64,000 nt of DNA, taken from positions 67,768,001 to 67,832,000 of the forward strand of contig CM052817.1 of assembly GCA_028534125.1 (NCBI GenBank). Direction: 5' to 3'. The stretch is from Lama glama. Its lineage: Eukaryota. This document shows positions 51,690 through 62,103 of this stretch, in pieces (within the stretch, counting starts at the first letter, position 1; each line of letters starts with the position of its first letter). A program made the position numbers and the translations under genes. The notes beneath the pieces are model-generated. The model was not told where the DNA came from. It searched no databases and saw nothing but the letters and a program-made list of their open reading frames with translations.

Positions 51690-53210
51690 CAGTAAGTTTT
51701 CCCTTCCTTTCTGTATCTTTGACCACCCACCTCAATTTGCTCTCCCCTTCAGTAAACATGCTCAAGTCTTTCTCATCTTAAAACATCCTTTCTTCAATCC
51801 CACACCCCTCTGTAGCTACTTCGCTATCTCCTTTCCCCTCTCAGTAGCCAACCTTCTTTAAACAGCCATCAGCTCGCCCTATCTCCACATCCTCACTTCC
51901 TGTTTATCCTCCAGCCTCAGGCAATCTGGCTTGTGTCCTCATGACTCTTCTCCTGAAGCTCACTTTGCCAAGGATTGCAATGAATGCGCCACTGTTTATA
52001 CCCAGGGGACTTCTCATTACTTGTCTCAGGTGACAACTCATTAGCATGTGGTGCTGCTAACCAGGTCAGACCTCCTTCATGAAGCGTCTCCTTAAGTTGG
52101 TCCCCACAATGGCACACACCTCTGGTTTCCTCGTTTTTCTTCCAAACCTCACAGGGGGTGTTCCTTCATTTCTTTCCTAGAACTCCACTTTTCTCACCAG
52201 AACATAAGGTTATCTTTCCCAACTGCCATCTTCGTGCAGATGATTCACAAATTTATAACTCTGGTCTGAATCTTTTTTCTCGGGTTCAGGCTCAGCTGTC
52301 CAATTGCTTGCTCCTCGTGTCCACATGGATGTCCTATGGGTGCCTCAAACTGATTTTTCATCACTGATTTCCTTTTTTCTCCCACAACTCTAAAACTCCT
52401 ACTTCCAGGATCTCTTCTCTTCCTGTTATTTCTATCTCCAGTGAATGTCACCACCAACCATCATTGGCAGGTCAGAAACCTGGGTGACATTCTTGAGCCC
52501 TGCCTCTGTCTCACCTCTGTTTCCAAGTAGTTACCTTGCTCCATTTCTTCTACCTCTGTGATCCCCATGGGCCTATCCATTTCTCTCCTTCCTATTGCCG
52601 AGTCTCTAGCTCAGACCACTCTCATTTTCCCTAAGTCACTTCCCCTGAGTCCCCACTGGTGTCCTGGCCCCTGCTTTCTCTCAACCCACTCTCCCCACTG
52701 CAGCTGAAGAGGTATTTCCAAAGTCCATATCTGATCATTTTCTCCTCTCTTAAAACCCATGATTGATTACCTGTTGCGCTGAGGCCACAATCCATACCCC
52801 TTACCATGATTGTCACTAACTCTCATGATCTGGTCTGCGCAACACAGCTGCAGCCTGAGCACTGACCCTCTTCCTCTTCACCTCCTCCCCAAGTCATCTG
52901 GAATGTGTTTTATTTCCTCAAATGTGTCATGCTCTCTCTTATATACTGTTTTATCTCCACCAAGCAATCTTCTCTGACTTTCTACTTGGCCTGAATAATT
53001 CTGATTCAGCCTTAAGATCTCAGCTTAAATGTTACTTTCATGGGACGTTTGCTCTGAGCTTGCAGGTATGAGGTACGCACGCTTCCCACTGCACCCTAGC
53101 ACACAGCACGTTTTATAATTGCTCATTTACTTACCTGTTTTCCCACTTGACTATACGCTCTTTGAGGGCAGAGGGACACATCTTGTTTACTATCATATCA
53201 CTGAATGAGA
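51690..53210 (+). mobile_element. Long L2 remnant (RT region to 3' end)
   Basis: ORF 52158-52367 contains HLRADDSQIY...LSNCLLLVSTWMS (decayed L2 YADD motif); 'caatctggctt' (QSG motif) near 51921; L2 3' motif 'ctctttgagggcagagggac'. Confidence 0.85.
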
Positions 53211-54328
53211 GGACAAGTGAGAGGTATGTTGAAGTGACAAGAATGCAGTGAGCCATCACCACATAAGTTTAGTTTTAAACATAGAATAAGGCTGAGAAAG
53301 CAGAGCATGGGAAATGCTACCACTGATGTGAAACAAAAATGACCAGATACGTCATTATTATTACACCTTTCAAGGGATGTTTTGTGATGGTATTTCCACC
53401 CATTTCTGATCCTTCTGTCATTTGAAGATTTCCTGAGCAGACCTATAATGATGCCATTTGACTGTTCAGCTATGGTCATTTGCTGATTAAGCTGCCTCTC
53501 AAGAAGGGGAAATTGAAACACCAATGACACGTTGGTATCTCAAGCACCACTGTAAACTATGACAAATTAGAAACTGCAGTGAACCATTTCCAATGGAAAA
53601 TGAGACTACCAATCCTTCATTTCTAAAGTTTAAAAAAAAAACACTTCTGAGAAGGTGTCTTGTCTAGGTTAGTTTTCAATCATCTCAAATAGTGTGGAGC
53701 TTCTCTCCAACCGCTGAGTTCATAGCACAACCCTTTCATGAGCAAAGCAACTCAAAAGGTCACAATTCAAAAGTGGGACCTAGAATTAGTTCTAAGGCCA
53801 CAAAAGTTATGCTTTTAAATGTTATGCATTATTCCCCAAATCCACACCCATCATATAGGCTGTCATGCATGAAGTTTCTAAAAGATCAGAAGTAAAAATG
53901 TGTGCTACAAGTATAATTATTGTCACCAAGAATTAGCAATTCTATAATAAATTTATTCTACATTAGCATATTTTCTCTAAAGATATAGGATATGTGATGA
54001 AGTGTCATTGCTTGGTAAGCAGCCCTGTTGGAGAGCACTGTCATTTACTAGAATTGTACGAAACTTGTCTTTTCATGAAATAGTTTAGAGCAAAACATTT
54101 TACTCATTCCACATTGTGTGCATGAAGTTTCATTCTGAGTTTTAGTTTCATTAGAAAATCTGTGAGTTTGAAACTTTGACTTGAACCATATCCACCAAAC
54201 CCCACTATCTCTAGCCCTATTCAATGAAGGGAGAATTGTTTCGATTACTTTCAGATATTTTCAAACAACTTTGCTTTTTATGAAAACATAAGTCTATGTC
54301 TTCTTGTATAATGATTTTGCTTCATTAA

Positions 54329-54377
54329 ACACACACACAGACACACACACAGACACAGACACACACACACACACACA
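54329..54377 (+). repeat. (CA)n/CAGA compound microsatellite
   Basis: Direct reading. Confidence 0.95.
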
Positions 54378-54774
54378 CCAAACATCTTTCTCTGTGGCTT
54401 GGGAAGGCAGAGAACAAGGAAGAACTCCAATGTTTTGTCTTTCATACCTTTGAGTAACTTATTATTCTTTCCCTTAGAAACGTTTTTAGGGACTAGATTA
54501 AGTTTCACCTAACATTTGGAATGAACAGAATTCCTACCACAGTGGATGGCCCACATTAAATAAATAAACAAATGAAAACACTAGACACATGTTTCCTAAA
54601 TGTTTCTGTTACTGTAGCATTTTCCCCGCCTGTGTGAGCACAGGCAAGCAAGACAAATGTATCACCCAAGATACAATGTCACAAGTTGATCAGAACTTCT
54701 TTTTTGCCCCCAGGAAGGAATTAAAGATGGTTTGTTTCCCTTTGGTTTGTGGAAAGAATACTGAAGAAGACTTA

Positions 54775-54975
54775 AATCAGAATGTATCACATGCTGTGTG
54801 ACCCTGGGCAGGTTACTTAATCTCTCTGACGTGTCCCTTCATATGTTTAACACATGTTTGCTAGTGTTAAGAAATAAGATAAAATGAAATAGGATTCATA
54901 ACTGTCTTACCTCTTTTAAAGATTATTGTAAATACTAAATGAGATAATGCATATTAAAGGTGTTTAGTAGCTGCA
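54775..54975 (+). mobile_element. MIR
   Basis: 'gctgtgtgaccctgggcaggttacttaatctctctg...taaatgagataatgcatattaaag'. Confidence 0.7.
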
Positions 54976-56808
54976 TCTAGACTACTAGTAAACCATGCCA
55001 TTTACTCATATCACAGTGAGTTTAACCCTTCCAGTAAGTATGTTTTGTTAGTTTCGCTTTCTAAATGTTTTGAATTTCTATTTTGTGAGTTCATACTACC
55101 TTCACCTTTAACAGTGGCCCTCACCCATCAAAATTATGACTTTACCCTTTCTTGGGTTGTAAATTTAGAGAGAGACTCTATTGGTTCTTGTTCTCTAGTA
55201 GACAGTGGCTACTGATGTTTTCTAATATAAGGAGAATGAGTAAAATTTCCTTTATTAACATATACCAACATTACCACTATGATCACACCTATGTGACATC
55301 CCCCTCCCCCATGCTAAACAGACCATTCTCCAATTGTTCTCACTTCCTTCTCTCTCTCTAAACAGTCTAATCTCTCTCTACCAGTCTAATTAGGGCCAGT
55401 GATCATAAGATTTCAGAGAAATAAATGTTAGGGACACCCCCCCCCCAAAGAAATGCTTCTTTAGCATTTATTTGTGATATTCTGATTTTGTGTGTGTGTG
55501 TGTGTGTGTTCACCTTCTACTCGAACCTCTCTTTCAGGAACCCTTATTTTGTGGTCATTACTTAAATATAATTTATTCTCTTGGGGATTAAAGTCATTGT
55601 GAAATGCAGAACAATTGCTTGGCAATCAACCCATGTTCAACTTAGAGGTGTGCCTAGTTACGACAGATCAAGGAACTTTTGTGCCAACTAGTAATAGTAT
55701 TGTACTATTATAATATATAATAGTATATAGTATATAATACTATATATATGTTATAAACTAAGAAAGCAAATTAAGCAGAAGTTGGTAGTGCAGATCTTTG
55801 CAGGAAACTACTAGACCTTCCCACTGGTTCTGAGTTGACATTGACTCAGATCTCATTAGATTTTCTTACACATCTCTAGAAAGTATGAAAACATACTTTA
55901 GAATATTTGAAGAAAACTGGATGTCAAATAGTGACCACACCCCTTCTTTTTTACGTTTTTCTTTCTTTTCCATACAGAATATCATAAGAAGGAGAAGAAT
56001 TTAACTCACAGAGAACTATTGCATGACGATTGTTTTGGAAAAAGAAAGAAATCAGAATCAATTTGTCTAACTGCCTGGATTTTTAAAATGGTTTACAATT
56101 TTTTAGAAAAACGTGACAAAACTCAACCAATAGAATTTTCCTATTAGAGAAAAAAAATCAATTATTCTTCACAAATCAAACTCAGGCAACTGCCAATACC
56201 CCTTTCTCCCCGCTGCATCAGGCTCTCAGTCCTATTTCCCCTACTCTCTCCTTTCCCTACTGATAATCTGGATCATTCTTTGGCTGCTAATTATTTACCT
56301 CTTTCTCAAAGGAGTTTTTTTTTTTAAATTTCTCACAAGAGAAATTAGAACTATTTAATCAACCTGAAATACAAAAAGGAGTCACAGGCAGCTTTGCTGG
56401 ATCTCTGCAAAGGTGTGAGGGCTTCATCAGAGAAATACATGCTGTCTGCCCTTTGTCACAGGACACTCTATGAACGATAATATTGTGTGCCTATTAGCTA
56501 TTAATATTAGGTGTAAACATCCATTGTTTTCATTGTGTTTTTACACAGTAAGCTATACCAGTGATTTTTAAGTAGCGTTGTACATCTGATTGTGAATCTT
56601 TTGAAAAATACCGTTACTCCAGCCTCATCCCAGACCTCATTAATCAGAAGCTCCAAGATGCTTCTATGGGTAGAGAGGAGTGGAACCTCATTATGCACAT
56701 TTTTCAAAAGCTCCATAGTTGATTCTGATTCATTTTCTCAATGGAAAGATTTGGTGCTATCCCATTCTGAGTATTTTATCCCCAAAGATCCATGTCCTAT
56801 GAATAATT

Positions 56809-56857
56809 TCAGTAGGTGGCGCTCTTTCCACCTGCCAGCTTCCCTGTTTGGCGGGAA
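56809..56857 (+). promoter_or_regulatory. Candidate CTCF site with adjacent E2F site
   Basis: TCAGTAGGTGGCGCT 56809-56823 (CTCF core CCASYAGRKGGCRS, one mismatch); TTTGGCGGGAA 56847-56857. Confidence 0.6.
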
Positions 56858-59800
56858 TGAACGAACCCTAAATCATCCAAGGAAGTCAGGAGCAGGTCAA
56901 GGGTGCAACTTCCTTTCACCACACCAATGGAAAACAGCAGCACTTATCTTTGCGAACAGTTTGTTAGTGGGGTAAGACATAAGTTAAAGGGGTGGGGAGG
57001 TGAGCAGGGGAGTGGTACCACATTTGTTTATTAGACAAATATAATCATTGTTCCAAAGAGTTCAAGCATGCCAACTTCTAGCATACAATTGGAAACTGAA
57101 GAAACAGGGTAGAAAGCAATGATAAGGAAAACCAAGTAGAGATTTAGACAGAAGAGATCTTGTTTCTGCTTTTGTTTTATGAGGAAAAGGTGGGGATCAC
57201 TGATGCTATTGTAAAAAAAAAAAAAAAAAAAAAGCAAAACCCCCAAACCAAAACCATACCCTCCTCCTCCACACACACACAGGTAACTGTGTGAGAAACT
57301 TCTCATGGTATTAAACATAGATATCTGTATCTGCTACACTGGAGGGACAGCACAGTGTAGCTGCAGGGACATGAACTTTAGAATCATATAAACCTAGATT
57401 TAGATTCAGACTTTGGTTCCAGCTCTTTAATTCCAACCAAGTTACTCAACTCAATTCTCAATAAGCTATTGCCTACCTTATTTGGTTATGCCAAGAATTA
57501 AATTAAAAGATAATAAATGTAAAAGACTTATTGCAATGCTTGGTACCTAGCCAGTATTTAGCAAGTAAGTAAATGGAGTACTAAAAATCTGTCAATGTAG
57601 ATGTTTTGTTCTGTTTTATTTTTTTAAGTAACAAAGAACAATGGAAAATTATTGAGTTTTGAAGGGAAGATTTTTATACTAGTAGTGCTAATAACGGTGA
57701 GAAGAATTTAGAGGAAGAAGAGCAGGAAAGGATATGTGGATAGTTTTGCTACAATGAAAGGCCTGATCTTGGATTCACAAAACTCTATTTGCAGGCTGTA
57801 TGACTTTGAGAAAGTCACTTCACCTCACTTCATATTTTTCTAAGATGGGAATTAAATTAAATGCTATTTTGAATACGGCATATGATTTTGAATATTAAAC
57901 TATTAGTGTACACCTTGCCATAAAACTTACAGTGTACTAAAATGCTTTAAAAACTATAAAATTTATACAAATGTAGAGTGGTGCTGAAGTAATTACTAAT
58001 AAACTTCATTACTGAAATTTATCATCGAAGCTGAAAAATTATTTTCTCAAAAGAAAGTGGGTTATTAAATGTTACCAAATTTGGATGAGAATAAGAAGAG
58101 TAGCTACTGGATTGTGAATTCAGAATGTATGAGAAGAAAGTAGATTGATATTAGCAACAAATCTGCAGTGCTTCTGGAGGCATTTCCATGACGTTTGTCC
58201 TACTAATGATGCTAATTTTCTTTTTATAACGCCTTTAGCAGTATTTTAACAGGATTAGACTTCTGAGTTTTATCTGACATTTCATTTGAACCCCCATTAA
58301 ATCAGTACACACATTGGATGGCTTCTGATTTGAGTGAGTTAGGATTATATCATTTGTATCTATGTTTCTAAAAGTTCAAATTACAGAAAGAGAAATTAAC
58401 CATCTGAAACAAGGCCGGAAAGAAAGTAAGTAGAAATCATATTAATAAAAGAGAAACTATCAAGACTTATAATATTATGATCTTTGGCTTTAGACAATAA
58501 TTGTTTGTATTAATAATAATAATTTACATCAATAATTTAAAGTGTTATGTCTAAATGTCTCATCTCTTGGATTTTTTAAATTGGCATTCTACTTATGTTA
58601 AATCTGTACCTTTGTATGGTGTGTAGTGATGTCACTAGACAAAAGAAACAAGAAAGCCCCTTCACAGCAATGACTGCTGTGCTGTTTGAAGGTCAACTGT
58701 CTTTTAAGCATGGAGAGAATCTTTATCATGTCATACTTCAGAAATATGTTTTTGGAGATGGGAAACAACAGGCCATGATTTAATGTTTTTGTTAAACCAC
58801 TGTAATTCTTTCAAAGGAATATGTGTCACAACTATTTCTCTCTGTTAAAGAGAAAAATCAAGTCCTTAAAGAAAATTTCCTATTCTGCAGGTGGGGAGGA
58901 AATTAAGAATCGTCCTTTTTTTTTTTTTTCTTTTTCTTTTTTTGTTAGTACAAGAAATTTGCATTGTAAAGCAAGCTGCTGTTGTCAGCTCTTTAAAGGA
59001 CAGAGCAGACAGGAAGCTGCCTCCACCCTAAGAGGCTTAGAGACTGAGCAACTGAGTTAGACAGCAGGTGCCCCAGCCAATCAAGTCAATTTTCTAATAC
59101 AGAATAGCATGTCGTGGAACTTGTTGTATCAGTCTGTCTTCTCTGGTAAGGAGGCAAGGATTTTTCTTTTTGGAAGCAGTGCTGGTCTTTCTAGTTGAAG
59201 AGGGGAAAATGGTAAGGAATTTAATAACAATTGACTGTTGTTAAAACAGCAAATTATCTTTTAAAAATAAATTATCCACACCTATAGGAGGAGGAATCTC
59301 AAGAATGCACACATTTAATAAAAGCTGGCTCTGGATTACCCATACAAGTGTGCACTAAAGTCCAGTAAACAACAGATTATGTGCACCCCCCTTTTTTTTT
59401 TATCCCAGGAATAGCAACCGAGAGTTTTTGGGATTTTTTTTTAACCAACAACACAAAATTTCACTAAAATATTTTACACTTGGAGATCTTTACAGTTTTA
59501 CTTCCTTTTGCTGTTGAGAAGTTACAATAGCCAAGAGGAGTAATGCATTTTCTTTTAAATTAACAAATGTCATAGTGGTTAAGGGTGGGGTGGGGGTACA
59601 GAGAAAGAAGCTGGCAAGAAAAGGTTCAGGGCCTGTTGCAAAACCAACTGCAAGCCAAGTTGATTCCAGATAGATGAGAATCACCTGTTGCAACAGAGAG
59701 AGGTTTAAAGATGAGGTGACCTTAAAGAGCATTTCCCAATTATCATATAAATAATAAGGAACATGCAGGTTTTTATATCAAACTCATGTGACTACAGTAT

Positions 59801-59899
59801 TTGCCACATGTTATTCAATGTAAGAAGACATATAATTATTTATATCTTTCTATTCAATCAAGGAAAACTGAAAGTGCATGGTTTATGATTGGTAATAGT

Positions 59900-60075
59900 A
59901 ATTACCTGGGCACATACTTAATGTCTTAATCCTCACAACCACACTGTTTTAGAGGGTAACAGCTGAGGAAATCGACATACAAAGAGTTAAGTCCCATGCT
60001 CAAGGTCACACATTTAATAAGGGGTGGAGTCAAGATTCATCTAGGTCTGTCGGACTCCAAAGCCCATGCTTTCCA
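59900..60075 (-). mobile_element. MIR
   Basis: 'ttaatcctcacaacc...tgaggaaatcgacatacaaagagttaagtcccatgctcaaggtcacac...gactccaaagcccatgctttc'. Confidence 0.8.
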
Positions 60076-61032
60076 CGATTCTGTTGCTCTGTGCGCTACA
60101 CAAGTGTATGTCATAGTCTTTGGAAAACTTTACTTTTTGGACTTAAAAAACAAATTACGAGGCACCTCACAAACAACTCCAAACCGATTAGCAATTGCCA
60201 AGACTTCAATGACACGTTAGTGTACTGTTAGAAAAGGCTGCAATTCATTTCACATGAATGCTTAGGGAAACAAACGATTTGTTTAGCCTATAGTGCAAAA
60301 CCAGAATTTGAAGTCCACTTTGTCTCAAAATAGAATAAACAGTGTTTCATTAGAACATACTTTAAACGCTCTTCTTCGTAACAACGTGACACATAAGAAG
60401 AGTTGCTTTATTAATCCTTTCCAAAGAGGAAATACTCCAATTTCATAAAAAGAAGGAGACTTTATTTCTAAAGAAATTACGGACAAAAAAAGTGAGCTAC
60501 ACAAAATAACTTGTGTTGACTTCAGAGTATCACGATCACAACGTAGTGATTTCGTAAACGATGTGACCAAAATACCTGTTTAAAATTTGAATGTCAGTAA
60601 CGTGAGAACTTCTGATAGAGGGCAAATCTCAAAAATTACTATGATAATTCACAAGGGCTTTGTTCTTTATCTCATCTTCACGTAAAAAAAATTATGATTC
60701 GGAAAAAAAACATTAAAGAGAAGTAAAACTGTTCGGCAATAGAAAAGAAAAACTGTCAATGGATGCCAGTGGTTATACAATTCCGAACTTCAGGGAAAAT
60801 CGAGTGTCCGTCATTCGGAGTTTAGTTCTTTACCGGTCGATTTCTTCATTACTTAATTATAAGACTGGGATTTTTTTTCAAAAATAAAGGCTCTTACGGG
60901 AGTAAACGTAAGCATTTGAAAGTGCAGGTTTGTTAGATTACAACGTAATCTAGCGAGAAGTAGAATCACCGGTGAGAAAGTCCGCCTGGATCTGCGTGAA
61001 TCCCTCGCCTTCCCAGCCCACGTGGCCAAAGT

Positions 61033-61210
61033 AAACAGAAGGTGGGCCGGGGCGGGGAGAAGCAGGCCTCGGTCAATTTCCCAATTTGTCGAGTCTTTAA
61101 AACTACAGGCCCCTAAAGCACTAAGGGCATGCCCTCCGCGAAACTGGGGAGTGCTTCTGCTGAGTGAGATTAAAGCGGCCGCGTGGAGAGGATGCCAAAG
61201 CGGGGGCGAG
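61033..61210 (+). other. TET2: TET2 upstream alternative first exon (non-coding); 3' end uncertain
   Basis: aaacagaaggtgggccggggcggggaga...tacaggcccctaaagcactaagggcatgccctc...gagattaaagcg matches my recollection of the start of the short human TET2 mRNA; candidate donor GAG|GTGAGG at 61210/61211. Confidence 0.65.
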
Positions 61211-61809
61211 GTGAGGCGGGGCTGGTGGACCTACCAGGGGGTGCGGTGCGCGCCCGCGCGGGCGGAGACGGGTGCGCTTAAGGGCGCGTGAGGGGGTACC
61301 TGTCAGGACCCGGGAGTCGGGGCGGGTGCGGGGGCGGCGGGGGGTGCGCACCTACTCTAAGGGGGCGGTGGGGTGCGGTATCAACAAAGTTTCAAGGGTT
61401 CAGCTGGGGTCTCGCATCCTCGTGCCAGGCACCCACGCCACCTCCCTCTTCGTGCGTGTCTCGCGCCTTCGCTCGGGTGGAGACCTGAGGATCCGGGGGG
61501 GTGCCCAGGGTCTAGCGGCGGCGTCCAGGGGCCGGACTTTCCCCAGCGTTCGTCCGCCTCCCGCTCCTCCGGGCGCACCGCTCCGTCCGCTTGCTCCCCA
61601 GCCCCGGCCTCGACCGTGCGCCCCGGGCTTCGGCCCCAGGTGCCGCCGGCTTTGGTGCGGGAAGCCCGCGGCAGGGGGCCGACTCCCCGGGACCCGGGGC
61701 CGAGGGCCCCGGGGCGGCGGCGGCCGAGGCCGGGGCGGAGGAGGCGGGGCGGCGGAGGAGGAGGAGGAGGGGGAGGAAGCGGGTGGAGGAGGCGGAGGAG
61801 GAGAGCGGC

Positions 61810-62103
61810 GGCAGCGGCAGCGGCGAGAGCTCGGGCGGCCCCGCCGCCTCCTCGCGAGCGCCGCGCGCCCAGGCCCGGCTCGCATGCGAGTCACGTCCGC
61901 CCCCTCGCCGCGGCCGCCCCGAGACGCCGGCCCCGCCGAGTGATGAGAACAGACGTCAAACTGCCTTATGAATATTGATGCGGAGGCTAGGCTGCTTTCG
62001 TAGAGAAGCAGAAGGAAGCAAGATGGCTGCCCTTTAGGATTTGTTAGAAAGGAGACCCGACTGCAACTGCTGGATTGCTGCAAGGCTGAGGGACGAGAAC
62101 GAG
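61810..62103 (+). other. TET2: TET2 main first exon (5' UTR, non-coding)
   Basis: 'gtgatgagaacagacgtcaaactgccttatgaatattgatgcggaggctagg...ggacgagaacgag' matches my recollection of the human TET2 5'UTR almost exactly; donor GAG|GTCAGA at 62103/62104; start approximate. Confidence 0.92.

Noticed and set aside
1..60000. CXXC4/IDAX or other coding exons upstream of TET2
   Set aside because: No CXXC zinc-finger or other recognisable host coding sequence; in human, CXXC4 lies hundreds of kb away
61272..62083. Long GC-rich ORFs on both strands (223, 201 and 227 aa)
   Set aside because: Low-complexity G/R/P/A translations expected in a CpG island where stops are rare; several use non-ATG starts; no recognisable domain
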